Below, piece by piece: positions 12,395 to 26,300 of a DNA stretch of 64,000 nucleotides. The DNA lies in the NCBI GenBank assembly GCA_030167865.1, contig JALAGF010004817.1, positions 1 through 64,000 of the forward strand. Reading direction: 5' to 3'. The notes under the pieces were generated by a model. That model had not been told where the DNA came from. It searched no databases and saw nothing but the letters and a program-made list of their open reading frames with translations. Both the position numbers and the translations under genes were made by a program. Numbering within the stretch: position 1 is the first letter of the stretch; each line of letters opens with the position of its first letter. The DNA comes from Craspedostauros australis (Eukaryota).

Positions 12395-14040
12395 CTTTCT
12401 GCTCGTATCCCTGTTCGCGAACGTCGCAAACGAGATGCTCTACGCGTACGTTTGCATTGGTTTATGCGTCTGCAGGCAGATTCTGGACGCACCCGTGAGT
12501 GCTGGAGCGCAGCCGTCTTGGGCTCATTGTGGCGTGGGTTCCGATTCCGTTTCTGTTGTCATCGTCGTTGTTGCAGATGCACAACAAACGCTCCATCTGC
12601 CTGGACACGGCAGCAGAGACGTGAGGCACCGCTGAGCCTGATGCTGTTGTGCTCCAACGACGCTGTGAATGCGAACCTCACTTCCATCACTCCCTTTCGT
12701 TGGTCGTCGTATCCGTGTGTCATTCCGATCCGTTGCGAATCCGGTATCTGTGCAGCGTGGAGTGCGCAAATGTGGAGTGCGCAGCATGTTGAACCAAGGC
12801 ATCAATCGTGCGCTGCGTTCGAAGGGTGTTTCTCTTCTCTCCTCGTGTCCCCTTGCGTCTCTTGGACATTTTAGAGCACACGTGCTTCAACCCCTATCCC
12901 CATGCCCGAATGATCATTTTGTATCGATCTTCCTCCAGACAGGAGGCGTGGACCCAAGGAAGTCGGAGATGTGACACAAGAGGGAAAGCCGTTGACCACG
13001 ATGATCCTTGTCGTTCGAAGAACAACTGTTGTGAAAGTCGCGGCAAATGAGGTTATAGGTTCATATTTCCAAACATCCATTTCAGTCTGACCGACGTTGG
13101 ATAGCAGAATTGCGCCAAACGTGTGTTTCGATTAGTCACGCTTAAACGTGAGTCAACAAACGCGACGAAAAAAGAGAACAACTAAAAAGATGGACGAAGG
13201 GTGGTGTTGATACTACACCTGCACCAGCGTAGAGGCACCCACAACGACCAGAGGAGATCCACGATGCCCCTTCCTTGCTGTTGGTACGAACCACGATGTG
13301 TTACGAACGTGACACGGCTATTCCTCTTCGGTGCCGTCAATGTTGCTACCAACAACAGAAATCGGCTGTGCGAGACGAATGCTCTCGTCGAAAGAGGATG
13401 ATGGTCGAGAAGCGTTCGGATACTGCCCAAAGAGAAGAAGATCCGACCGTGATCTCCTCGTCGTCAGCCTTGGGGACAAGTGCGGCGTTCTTGGCCGATC
13501 AGTCCAATAATTGTGTGGGATGGCGGCTGCCGGTTTGTGATTTCTGGGATGAATGGTCGAAGGGGCTTAGTGGTAGCTCGGAGACGTACGGAGGAGGCCG
13601 CTGTGACCACACTGGTTTGCGGCAACCTTCGGGTCACGATCGATCGGATCGCTTCAAAATCGGAGGACAACAAAAAGCGCATGAAGAGCCCACACAAAGA
13701 ATCGCAAAAGGAACGGAAGATCACCACACCAAGAGGCGAGACCTGTTCGAGATGCGAGAAACAGAAACACCACCCACAAGGGGAGAAGAACACAACAGCC
13801 CAATAGCGCAACAACACAACAACTCAACGCACAGAACGCGATGTAAGAAATGACATGAGGATACCTTCCTCGTACATACCCGTACGTTGTGGTGGTCGAT
13901 GGCCCACACAGACTTCATAAAATCCACAAGAGAACAATTGGCAGGCAGCAGGAACCGAGCTCCACACGCTGCATTTACCTCGAGCCCCCAAGGTCTCGCC
14001 AAGCGCGCACAACCACAACACTCGCAGCCGGCCATTCACG

Positions 14041-15780
14041 ATGTCCCACTCCTTCTTTGGTCAATACGGCCTCGATGACCGAGAGGTCAGCTTCGAATTC
14101 CAGCTGCCGTTCATCAATGACGGCGCCAAGTATGCATACAGCGCCCCGCGGTTGCATTTCTGGAACGCATTGACCATCTGCCTCGGTCTGCAGACGATGA
14201 TCGGCAGCGTTGGCATGTGCCTCGCATGGGTGCTCATCAAGAAGAATCGGGAGACGAATCCCACCGCAGCAAACTTGGCGTGCTACGGATTCCTCTGCCC
14301 GCTTTCATTATACCTTCCATTCGTAGTTCTACCATACCTGAACATATCCAACGCAACCTGCTCCACGCCGTTTGTGGCCATGGCATTCACGAATGTGCTG
14401 CATTTTATGGAGGGTGAGTTGACCTCTCGGCAACGTGGCTGCGTTGAGCTGAATCGAGTCCCATTGAGTGCGAATGGGAATGGGCGGAGGCCAGCGGCGT
14501 TTGGAGTGTTGGAGAGCACGCAGAACCACCGATGCGAAAGATGTTAGAGGCCAGTTGGTCCGCTGTATGGCTGTGTTTCAAGTGATATCTCACGCGTATT
14601 TCATTCCATACCATTCATTCCCTGTTCCTTCATCATCACATGCTTCTGCTCTTTGGTTCGTCTGTGAGTAGTTCTGTACGATACATCACCACCGTTCGCG
14701 GAGAAGAACCTCTCCAACTTCCTGATGTACCACACCTCGCCTGTGATGCTGCGCTTCCATCCCAAATCGCAAGATGCCATCAAGGTAACATCAGAGGAGA
14801 TTCGCCAGAAACTCAAGACAGCATTTATCAGCCTCCTCGCCACCGTCTTCTTCGTGAACCTTCTCCTCTCCACATCCTTTGAGCCATTCGGGAAGCGCCC
14901 ATTGGACTCCTTCACCGATTACTTTGACTGGAGGCACTTGGGCAACAACATGGCCAATGCCTACCTCGCCGGTACCAACGTCGAGACCGGGACACTGATT
15001 TTCGGGTCTCTTATCTCGTTTGCCACCGGGTATTCCACCATCACCCTCAACGATTCGCCATTCTCCAAGTCCACTTCGGTGGCCGACTTCTGGGGCCGCC
15101 GTTGGAACATTCAATTTGGAGGACTGTTGAAGGTGCGTTGTGTGGCTTTCTCCACGAACGAGCTTTCTGTCATTGAACGTGCTGCAATATCGTATACTCT
15201 ATGGCATGCATTATTGTGTGCCGCGCCATTGCTTCAGCGCCCCGCGCCAGATGCGCATGCTTGCTCGCTGATACATCCAACTCACACGCGAAACGCTCCC
15301 TTCGTTGCACCCCACTCCCTCCATTCGCACGCGCATGACTCTGCCATGCTCTATTCTCATTCTACTTTTCGAATGCACGTACGTCTCCAGAACTCCGTAT
15401 TCAAATCAAGCCGTAAGAATGGCATATCCCGATACACGGCAGTCTTGCTCACCTTCGTGATGAGCTCGATTTTCCACGAATATGTGATTTACGCCACTTC
15501 CACGGCGGTGATAAATCCAAACCGGCCGACTCACACCTACGTGATGGGACGGCAATCCGCATTCTTCATGTGGAACGGAATGATGATGATCTTGGAGGGT
15601 CTTCTGATGCAGAACAAGGTCATCAAGGCTGCGTGGGAGACTAAGTTGCCACAGCCCGTTCGCACATTCATCATCATCATGACGTCGTTGCCCATTTCCA
15701 GATGGTTCATGGATGATTACATCGGAGTCCACATGTTCGATGATTTCTCCGTCGCATTCCCCAAGATCCGGGCTGTGTGA
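14041..15780 (+). CDS. MBOAT_2 O-acyltransferase, copy 3; exons 14041-14413, 14672-15132, 15391-15780
   Basis: FWGRRWN and IFHEY. Same two intron positions as copies 1 and 2. Ends in AFPKIRAV. Confidence 0.85.
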
Positions 15781-16007
15781 ACGCTGAATTGTACATAGGA
15801 TACGACGAACCAAGAAGGCAACCGCTGCTTTTCAAAATTCAATTAAGATTCATTGCATTACTTGCGGGTGCTGTAGGCTTGTCTCCGTCGCTGCCAGACG
15901 AGTGCGCACACATGCAGAGCAGGGTATGATACTGTACTCGTACGATGCCGACACAGCGGCAACACAGTACCACAACATCCGATATTGCACCAAGTGTTTG
16001 CGCCCGC

Positions 16008-18047
16008 TCAATGCTGCTCCCAAACAATGTGCGATAAGCAACACGCCCCAGTCGCACGTTCAACGGTAGGCGCCGGCGTCACAGTGACAGGCAGTCCGAT
16101 GCCCTGCGTATCGCGATTCGTTATCTTGGCTTCGTCCGGGATTGGGATGCTCACGCATGTTGCGCGCTTCAGAAATACGCCAGCACCCTTGATCGGCTGG
16201 ATTGTATCTATGGGCACCTCGATGCCATCGATGGTGATCTGCAAATCATGATCCAGTTTGCATGCTCCGTCCTCTCGCTTTTCGTTGGCTTCACAAAAGA
16301 CGATGCTGTCGAAGAAATGGGACGCCAAGGTGTTATCGTCATGATCGTCATGGTCCTCATGCGCCTGCTGCGATTTCTCGAACGGCAGCCACAGCTCCAA
16401 AGGACCGCTCTCGGCGATGCCGTACAAGGCAATCTTCATGTCGATGTATCCCAACCCGCCGCATGCTTCCACCTTTCGTTTCGTGTCGCGCTCCAGTTTG
16501 GAGATGTCCAGGACCCACCCATTTTGGTACATTTCATCTGTGCGATCGATCATGATATCCATCTCGCCTTGCTCGGCCATGCCGGACACGACGATGGAGG
16601 GCAGCACCTTGTCATGATCCGTGGCCGGCAAGAACGACGTGCGACACGAAACATCTTTCATCTGAAAGATCTCGTTGATTTGGGAATGGCCGTACAGCAG
16701 CTCCGTGACGCTTTCGTCATTGTCCGGCAACGATTGCGACAGCGGCGCCGGGTACTGCAACATGTGCGATTCCGTCGCCTCGCTGAGTTCGGAATCGGCC
16801 GCCGGTGCATGTCCCTGCCGATGATGTTCACGCTGGATGATCATCTGCTCCAGCTCGTGCTCCAATTCCGGATGCCCCGCGCTTCCGGTCGCTGCGTCGT
16901 CTTCGGAAGACGTCATGAGCTCGACGGCGCGTTCCAGGACATCGACAAAGTGCATGACCAGCAACCAACCCATGAGCTCATGCTCCATCTTCTTGGGATG
17001 CCAGCTGCCCCGGCCCGGACAGCGTTTGGGCGCGCCGAATTCGTCCCAATTTTGGAAACCGACCGGCAGATCCACGGCCTTCTCGATCTTGGCCTTATCC
17101 ACAATTTCGGACGCCTTGGAGATGCTGACGGCGTCCTGCAGCATGCCCTGGTCGGCGTACTGCTTGAGGAGCTTGTTGCGTCCCGCATTGGAATCCAGCA
17201 TGATGATCATGGGTTGGTTGGTCATTTGCTGCGTCGCCTGGCGGATCCACGCCTCGAGCACGGACGTGTCGCGGCTATTCTCGTTCATGCTGTAGTCCCA
17301 GCTGATGACCTCCGGCGATGTCCCCAGAAAGTGCTCCAAGCAGAAACCGTAGGGGAAGCTGGGAATGCCGCCGATGGCGCCGTTGGTGACCTTGAGGTCG
17401 ATGCTGAGGATCGCCTGCACCGCGTCCTTGAGAGCCCGCTGCATGACGAAGGGGTAGGACTGGTGGAAGAAGTTGCCGCGCCCGACGGTGATCGAGTACC
17501 CCGAGAAGGCCATGTCGAAGGACCTGCGCTCGTACTTGGCCAGGAGGAAGCGGCGCGCTGTGGCATCGATGTCCCCGTACGCTCTGAGGCCCTGCTTCAG
17601 GAGGCCGTCCGACGCCGCCTTGCCGCCGTACCGTTCCGCGAATTGCGCTCGCAGCTGCTGCAGCAGATCCATCGCTTGTTGCCTGGGAATGGCCAGCTGG
17701 AAAGGCGGCGATCTGGTGGAAGCATGGACATCCAGAGGGATCGCGGCCACCTTCGATCGCAGCGACGACTGCGGCAGCACCGGCACCGACGACAACACAG
17801 AGGCAGCAGGCGACGTGAAGTACAGCACCGTGTTGAGACCGAAGATCCCCGCGGAGAGGATGAGGAGCACCACCAGCACGGCGATGAAGATGAAGGGAAG
17901 CGGGTTGTTGCCGCCCTCGAGCTTTGCATTGCGCTGCTGGTGGCTGCCGAACGCTTGCTTGCTGCCGGTCATTCGTGCCTGTGCTTTGCTTCCTTTTGCT
18001 GCCGCCCTCTGCTTCGTCGCTGCTGTTTGTGCTGTGGGTCGCATCAT
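16008..18047 (-). CDS. SGNH/GDSL-like hydrolase-fold type II membrane protein, paralogue A
   Basis: Intronless ORF, probable start MMRPTAQ. N-terminal TM helix, then blocks FSGYSITVG, IGG, WDYSMNE and SWHP. Confidence 0.75.
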   Translation of the reverse strand: MMRPTAQTAATKQRAAAKGSKAQARMTGSKQAFGSHQQRNAKLEGGNNPLPFIFIAVLVVLLILSAGIFGLNTVLYFTSPAASVLSSVPVLPQSSLRSKVAAIPLDVHASTRSPPFQLAIPRQQAMDLLQQLRAQFAERYGGKAASDGLLKQGLRAYGDIDATARRFLLAKYERRSFDMAFSGYSITVGRGNFFHQSYPFVMQRALKDAVQAILSIDLKVTNGAIGGIPSFPYGFCLEHFLGTSPEVISWDYSMNENSRDTSVLEAWIRQATQQMTNQPMIIMLDSNAGRNKLLKQYADQGMLQDAVSISKASEIVDKAKIEKAVDLPVGFQNWDEFGAPKRCPGRGSWHPKKMEHELMGWLLVMHFVDVLERAVELMTSSEDDAATGSAGHPELEHELEQMIIQREHHRQGHAPAADSELSEATESHMLQYPAPLSQSLPDNDESVTELLYGHSQINEIFQMKDVSCRTSFLPATDHDKVLPSIVVSGMAEQGEMDIMIDRTDEMYQNGWVLDISKLERDTKRKVEACGGLGYIDMKIALYGIAESGPLELWLPFEKSQQAHEDHDDHDDNTLASHFFDSIVFCEANEKREDGACKLDHDLQITIDGIEVPIDTIQPIKGAGVFLKRATCVSIPIPDEAKITNRDTQGIGLPVTVTPAPTVERATGACCLSHIVWEQH

Positions 18048-18927
18048 CTTGGCGATTGTCGGATGGTTGGCTCTCTCTCTCTCTCTCTCTCTCTGTGCCT
18101 CTCTGGACGGGAGGCTGAGTGCGCTGCTCGCAGGAGGCAAGCTCTGTTGTGTCCCAATGCCTTTCCAGAGTGAGAAATGGGGAACGAGGAGAGCCATCAC
18201 CAAAATGACTTGGTTTCTCAACGCTTGTCGCGAATGACTACGGCAACGAGTATAGAGACTCGTCGAGTATTACAAGATGCACAATCGCAATTCCAATTCC
18301 AGTTATTTGTGTGTGTACTACATATACGATTATTGTTTCTAAGGTATGGCTCGCATCTACAGGCATGCCTATTCATCACAAGTGGCATGCGAATCTGTTG
18401 TGCACGTATTCTGAGCTGCTGCTGGTGGTCTGCCTTGCTCATGTACTCGTAGAACCCAAGCAGCACGCCTTGTTGGCCATTCAGATCTGTTTAACTGTTG
18501 CGTCCACTTCTTGGCACGGATGGAGCACCACGAAATTGTGTCGTGGACTCTGTTGAACGGAGCCTCTCTTCGGTAGGTGCGTCTTCGCGTTCTTGCATTT
18601 GTTCTAGTTTGGTTGCGTTGCGATGCAGCAACGTCATCAATGTTGCAAGGGAATATATTCATGACACGTGAGGCTATTGATTTCCCTTGGACGCGTGCTC
18701 AGACGTCCAGAGGGATCTGCCAATTTGATCGCCTTTCGCGACTGGTGTGGCATGGCAGGGTGTGGCATGGATTGGATTGGGTAGAGTATGCACGAGTACA
18801 TGAACGCACGAGTACTCTGTGCCGAATCGCCATGCTCAACCAGAATGGTCGGTGTATGGAGTATGTGATTGTGCCCGTCCAGCACAGCACCAACAGGACA
18901 CAAGAAACCGGCGTTGCTCACACACAA

Positions 18928-19933
18928 TTACAGAGTCGTCGCTGTGTCGACCGATGGAGACGAATCACCCGCGGCCGGTGTCAGAGGCAGATCCGGCACT
19001 CCGGTTAGTCTGTCCGATGCGCTGGGCGTGGAGACGCATGCCGGGGCTGACATCGGTGTGGGTGCTGGTGCCGGCGATCTGGTGGGTGATTTGAACTCGT
19101 AGGCTGTCACCCGGTATCCCTTGCGCTGGAAAGACTTCATGATGCCCTCCACGAGTTCATCGCGTGAGCTCATGGCCGATGATGTGGTGGATGTGACGCT
19201 TGCCGTGTCCAGGCTGTTGTTGGCCGCGGTGGTCGTGCTGCTGCTCGTGCTGAAGGCGTTGTTCATGTTGGCGCTTTTTCGTCTGCTTCGTGGTGTGATT
19301 TCAACAACTGTCAGCGGAGCAGAGCAGAGAGTGAGCGAGTGGTCCCATTGAGTTTGGTTCAAGGAAATGAATGAAAGAATGATTGCATGAAAGAATGGGA
19401 TTTAGTTGAAAAGAGGTGGGTGAAGGAAGGGGAGAAACGGGACAGGCCATCAAAAGTGAATCCGCGCAAACAGCGACAGATCCACACAGAGGAATGCCGT
19501 AAGAGCGCGGTGTACAGCGCAGTCCGTATCAGCAGAAATAACAGAGCGAGCGAGAGAAACAATCCCGCGCGTTCCAATGGTGAGAAATCCGACAGAACAT
19601 GGGGAAGTGAGGGCGGAACCGGCAACGACGACTGTCCCGTTTCTTCCTTCGTTCATGTTGCATCGGGCAAAGCCAAGCACCGCAGCCGCCATTGTCCCGC
19701 AATCACACGCTTTCCAGCACGGTCATCTCCAGCTCTGATCGAAGGCAATTGCGGAAGAACATCTCTTGTTTGTTGCCATCCCATGCCATCCCATCTCCTG
19801 CCACGAGCAATAGAGTGGAATACTTACAATTGGATTCATCGATCATCGGATTCATGAACATTGTGGACAACGAGGAGAGGGATCTGGAATGCAGCTCTTC
19901 CTCATTTCGTGTGGAGGCAGAATTCGGGCTCAT
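18928..19933 (-). CDS. Small Ser/Thr-rich hypothetical protein (about 161 aa); exons 19933-19828 and 19307-18928
   Basis: ACCACC-ATG start. A phase-1 GTAAGT donor and a CTGACAG acceptor join in frame (..MIDESN-F-VEITPRSRRK..). Exon 2 has coding-like composition. Confidence 0.55.
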
Positions 19934-20313
19934 GGTGGTGGGTGGAGTTGGATGCTCTTGACGACAATGAGAACCTCTGGTGTTGTGTTGCTGGTTTTGC
20001 GCCGTGTTGATCTGTTTGTGCGTGTTCTTTTGCTGTCTGCTGCACCTCCCTTTGCTGCTATTTTCGCCAACACCACTGTCAATCACGAACACATACATGC
20101 TCATCTCCTATTTATGCGCCGAGTAATTATCACCGAGTACCCACAACAACACGACGCAACACGACACGACATGCCTTTTGGCCGTTTTTTTGTCGACAGA
20201 ATGTCGTTGCGTCGCCGTCTAAATCGTTCGCATCTATCCAAACAGTCTACGCATCATTAAACTAGAATACATGACATTATATACACTACAATGTTTTACA
20301 ACACAAATACATA

Positions 20314-23300
20314 TTACTCGGAACTCTTCCCCAAGGATGGCCGATTGCGTCGTGGACGAAAGCCGAAGGCCAATGGCCGACGGTTCGGCGATGCCGACAT
20401 GGGCGGCAATCCTTTGTTTTGCGGACGATGTTGCATCATGGATGAGGCGGATGATGATGATGGTGGCAGTCGCCGGGGATCCAACGCGTGCCTCGCGTGC
20501 GCCGACACCCTATCTTGCTTCAGATTGGCCGCCACAGACATCAGCGTCTTCTGTGTCGTGCGTGCGGTGTGAGCCGTCACCTCCGTCTCGGCTTGGCTCA
20601 CGCTGCTGCTGGAGGTCTCTCCGCCCATCAACTGCTCCTGCCCAGCGGGAAGGATCAGAGCTGGGGAGGGCGGGGTACTGGACGACGACGTCGGCGCCTG
20701 GAAGGCAGAGAACTCGGACTGTCGGCGCAGGAACCCGCTGCTGCCGCTGGTGCTGTTCACGCTGCCGGTACCGACGGAATGCTGCAAACTTCGACCCGGA
20801 CCTTCGCCGATCCCGTCGTGCCTCTGGCTGTCCATGTACATGATCGGACTTTCTGCCGATCTCGACACGACCACCGGGATGTGCTGATTGCCTCCGCCGT
20901 AGCCTGCCTGCACGCTGTCAGAGAACTGAACTGGTTCGAAGGTGGCGTATCGATCATGATCGTCGGAGTCGACTTCGCTGGTGCTGTACACCATCTTGTC
21001 ACTGTTGCTTGTATCCCTCTCGTCCTCATCTTCTTCGATCCCGCTGTCCCTTCGTCGGTCATCACCGTCATCACCGTCATCGTCGGATTGATCACCCAGC
21101 GATGGATATCCTTCCTGATCTCTCATCTCCGACTGGGTCTGGTACACGTCGGCGTACCCGCTGTCGCCGCTTCGATTGATCATGGCGGACTGCTGGATGA
21201 GGGGCGTTTCGGATACGTCGTCACGTGACTCATCCTCCGTGTCCATGCTGTCGTCGTTGATGCCGGAACGATTCAGTTTTGCATTCCTGCTCTTCAGCCG
21301 TCCCAGCACGTTGTACTTGTTGGAGTGCTGGTCGTGCTGATGCTGTTGTTGCAATCGCTGCTGATGCTGATTATGATTCTGATCGCCGCCATCTCCAGCA
21401 ATGGTGTTCTTCGCAGCGCGGAAGGAGGTGGACTTCTCGGAGATTGAACTGGTTGCTCCGCTGCCACTCTCGCTTTGGCTACCAAGGCCGGTGTGGGCAC
21501 CGATCTCTGATCTGGAGTCAAAGATCTCATCTCGCGGTGGGTTCGGTTGTGACAGCGACGTCAGATACCCGGGTGGTTGACGCCGTGGAAGCGGCGCCTT
21601 CTTTCCGTTGATGACATGGATGCCTGGTGTGGGATGTTCCTGCTCCGCCGTCTCCTCGTCCACCGGCATTCCGTGCGCGGCCGAATCTTCTGCCGAATCC
21701 AATTTGGACGATGACATGCCGTTGCCGCATCCGATCGCTCCCCCTCTCTGTTGCCCCTGCTCCGCCATGTGCTGCTGCTGCCGTTGTTGCTGCTGCTGCA
21801 ATGCGAGGTTGAGGACACCAGGTTCACTACCATGCAAACCAGCTGCGCCGACTTCGCTGGTGTCATCGTAGTCGATGGCATGAAGCTTGCTGTCGGGTGG
21901 GCATGATTTCTTCTTCAGCTTCAGCGTCCAGGTGGCCCCTTCCCGTTGAATTTGTGCTGGGTCGTCAAGGGATGCGGCACCATGTTCACTTGTGAGCTCG
22001 GAGGCAGGGTTGGCTTGAGGCTGGGCACTTCCGTCGTAGTGGGCCTGCTGTTGCTTTCCGCCAATGTCGTTGCCGTCATCGGCGGTGTTGCCTATCGCGT
22101 TCTTTTCACTGCCAGACTCAAACCTCGCGTGCAACCCTTGCCGAAATTGCCTCGGCGTGGTGCGGTTGCCGCCGATGGCGGAGCTCACATCGCTTTCGTC
22201 ATCACGCGGTTGATCAGACTCGCCCTTCAGCTTCCGGTTTCTCCGAATTTGTGAGAAGATGCCGAACGAGGCCTTCCTACCCCTCAGCTTCGATCTCTTG
22301 TTGTCGCCTGCAGCCGACGCGTTGTTGTTGGATGACGATATTCTGCCCGTCCCTGATGATTGATTTCCGTTTGTGCGATTAGCAGTTGTCTGCTGATATT
22401 CCTGCTGCTGCCGATGACTCGACGCAAGCGCACCACCACGTTCCTTGTCATCGTGGCCGTGGCGTCCTTCGTCGGTTGGCGCTGCAAAGATTCTGTCCCC
22501 ATGCTGTCGATTGTTGGGCGAAGCTACATCCCCCACCGCTTCACCCCGTTGCGCTGCCATGACCATGGCCATCTTCGATCGGGGACTCATCACGCCGCTG
22601 TCTGTTTTCAAGCTCGACATCGACGTCGAGTCCATCGACATTCTCTCCATGCTACCTCGCTTTCTGGGGCTGTTCGATTCGGCCATGTCCTCGAAGAATG
22701 CTCGCATGGTCTTGACACTCGGAGATGTTTCTGGGATGACCTGCGTGCCATCTTCTGTTGAATTGATTGTGCTCACATTCATCAGTGGTTGCGAAGGCTG
22801 TTGCTTCAAGCTCCTTGAATTCGTCGAAGGCGAATCCAAGGCGGTCTGAGCGCGTTCGGCAACTGGAGAGCGAATGGTGTTGCTGGTCTGGTTGCCGGTC
22901 ACACCATGATCTTCATCATGCGTACCGCCTCTCGCCATTGCCAGCATGCTCTTCCGTGATTTGGATGAGTTGCCCTTGAATTTGGCGCCCATCATGCCGG
23001 CAAGGCCCGGGAGTAGACCCTTGAAGACCTTGCTGGCGGACCCAACAGAGCTGGGTTCGTCCGTTTCCGATGTACCATTTGCATCGTGTGGCTTCCTGGA
23101 GTCTGACTTGTTGTCTTTGCTCTTCTTTGCACCGGCTGATGGCAATGAATGCCTCGGTCTTAACGAAGACCTTCGGCTCTTTCGCGATCGCGAAGCCTTG
23201 CCGTCCTTCAGGTTGTTGGCCATCATCTTCATGTTCGCCAGTTCTTCCGCATGGGCAGTTTCTGATGTGGCATGCGTGGATGCGCTGCTGCGACTGCACA

Positions 23301-26300
23301 TGCTCCGCCTGCTGGACTGCGAGACAGCGGAATGCCCACTTCGTTGGCTGTTGTAGCTTGCGCCGCTATTACTGGTGCGTTGGCTATCAATCGAGTCGAT
23401 TGAACCTGTTTGCTTGAGATCGATTGCGTCAGCCTCGTTCGCGTTGGAGTGCATCGTGTCTTCAGATTCGATCGGCTGTGCTGTTTCGTATTCTGCGACA
23501 GGTGCTGTTCTGGCTGGGCGCATGTTCGGCTCACGTGATTTCGCTGGTGATGGTAGAGACGGCGTCAGTGCTGAGTTCGAATCTCGGCTGTGCCGTTGGC
23601 GTTCGCTATGCGCAATCTCGCGAGGCTGATCTGATTCCACTTGTCTGCGTTCCTCGTATTGAGTTTCGCTAGATGGTCGCATGTCATTGCGGTGGACTTC
23701 GTGATGTTCAGGAGGAGATGTGTTGGTGGGTGGCTTTGATTGACGTTGCGATGGTGACTTGGTTTCGTCGATCATGTGCATCTGCACATTGCCGCTTCCA
23801 CCAGCGCTGCTGCGTCGATGGTTGGAATTCGTGCTCTTGTTGCTCGAGCTGCTGTAGCGACGGGAGGTGTTCATGTTGCGGAGCCTGGAGAGTCTACTGT
23901 GACCGTGAAGAGGCGAGGACTTCTCCATCGATGATCGCCATCGGTACCCCTTCAACGGACTGTCCGTAGGCCCATTCGGTGTCTCTTCTGAGTCGCTCTG
24001 GTGTGTTCCAGTGGGCAGCGTCTTCATTGGTGTCGTCATCATAGTGGTTGCAGTTCCGTCAGCAGAGCCGTCCGCACTCCTGTCCACAGTCCTGCCCACG
24101 GGGTGAGAGGAGGACAGACTCTTCCGCTCCCTCCACTGCTGAATCTCATCTTTGTGTTCATCAGCATCACCATGGAGCATGGCGCGACCAGCGACCCGGC
24201 CGTCGTGCCGTTGACAATCGTCCGATTGCCTCCGTGGGTGCGTTGATTCACGTTTTGAAGGTGCTTCACAGTCAACGATCTCATTCACGTCGGACGGTCG
24301 TTGTTCGGAATCGGTGGCGCGCGATCCCCGTTTTCCCTCACCTGTTGTCGTGAGGATAATCGGGTCATGCTTGTGACCAGATGACATGGAAACGGCGTCG
24401 TTGACCTCCTGCTCTTCTTCTGCGTACTTTCTCGACATCGTGAACTGATCGTTGATTCGCTGCTCCTCCTTCAACCTCTCTACTTCTTCCAAATGACGTC
24501 CGGTCATGGCCACCTTCTCTCGTTTCAGCGCTTCGATCGTCGCCTCAAGCTGTGCTATGTGTGACCTGGCCTCCTCTGCGGCTGCCTTGTTCCGTTTGGC
24601 ATCCATTTTTTCGTTGGCGATCGTGCGTTCGAAGTGCTGCGTGTTCTTGTCCATGGAATGGAGACTCTCGTCCTTGGCGGCATCGAGGCTCGACTGGTGC
24701 TCTCTCTTCAGCCTGCTAATGGTCTGCGCGTGCCTCTCTTCGATGTCGGCCCTTTCGTAGTTCGCACGCTGCAGCGTCGATTCCATCCTCGAAAGCTTGC
24801 CCATGGCATCCTCATGCTTCTTGTTTAGGTAGTTGATCTCCTCACGGTGGTCCGTCTCCAACATCTCCAACTTTTCCTTGAGCTCACGTTGTTTCGACTC
24901 AGATTCTTCACGTTCTGCATTGCATTTCGCCTCCCCCTTCGTGGTTTCTAGTCTCATGTCGACCTCCGTCGATTCCAGCAGGAAAGCATGCGTCTCCAGG
25001 ATTTCATTCAGCAACCGTTCGCAATCGGAGGATGGCACCTCGGCGCTACGTTGCACCATGTACTTCGATCCTGTGCGCACGGCGGATTCGCCCACGGCCG
25101 TCTTCTGCTCCACCCACATGTTCTCCACGCGCTTTTCGTGATGTCGCATGAGCTTGCGCTTCGTCAATTCCAACGTGATCTTCATGGAATCGAGCTCCGC
25201 GGCCTGGGAGTCGCACCGGAGCCTTGCGGCGTCCAGGGATCGGTTCAGAGCAAGCCGTTGCTTCGATGATGACTGCAACGCGGCGTTCTTCTCCTTCTCT
25301 AGCCTTTCACGCAGCAGTGGGACCGTGTGCGCCATCTCCTTCTCCAGATCGCTGCGCAGTCGCTGTGTCGTGGTCTCAACAGCATGCTGTATGCCAGACT
25401 TGAGCTTATTCTTGTGCTCAATCTTCATGTTGCGCATCTTCTCCTCGTACTGCTCCTGCAGCATCTTGAACTGCTCAGTGTGCTCCTTGTCCTTGCGTGC
25501 TGACACTGCTTCGGCAGTCTTGCGAACCGCATCATTCAGTGCATCCTTCATCTCGCTGACGCTTTCCTCCTTGCACTGACGCAGCTGCTGCTTAAGCTGT
25601 TGAATCTGCAATCGTCCGCGCTCTGCAAAGATGGCGGCTTGCCTGCCAGCCTCCAGGATTGCGGCGTCCTTCTCACGTATTATCACATCCAACTCTGTGG
25701 AGTACAACGATTTGAGTTCTGTGAGTTTCTGCCTCGTTCTGTTCTCAAACAGCTTCATTTCGGATTGATGTTCCTCCTCGGTTTGCTCAATTTCAGCCAT
25801 GAACTGCTCGTTGTTGTCTCTCAATGATTCCACCTCCTCTCGCGCTCGGAACAGCGTCAGCTCCAGGTGCTTGGCCTGTTGCCTCGTTAAGAAGGAATGG
25901 TCGTCCTCCAACGATCTCGCTCGTTCTGGTGCATCGGCATTGTACGGTTCCACATAGGTGTTGCTATGGCCGCTGCCATCACCATGGCCATGATGTTGGC
26001 CACGACTCTGGTTGTGGTTGTAGCCATGGTTGGCATGAGATGGCGGGTGCGGACTGTGCCCTGGAGTGTAGCTCTGTGAATGGGACGAAGGATGTGTCGG
26101 AGGATGCCCTGGCCTTGGAGGTGTTCGGATTGAGCTGCTGCTGGATGTCGCTCCCCGTAGGATGTGGCTGGCGCTGCTACTTCGATCCTCCTGCTCGTCG
26201 ATCATGTCCAGGCTCACGTTCATCATCTGCTCGTGCGCTTGGAGCATATCGAAGATCCGGCCCTCACTATCAGACGCGGATTGCTGGACTTGTACCTGGG

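Noticed and set aside
16248-18173. 641-aa plus-strand ORF
   Set aside because: It is antisense to SGNH-like paralogue A, a codon-bias artefact.
18048-18221. N-terminal extension of the 737-aa ORF
   Set aside because: It begins at a non-ATG codon and runs through a (GA)n microsatellite. The ATG at 18047 is more plausible.
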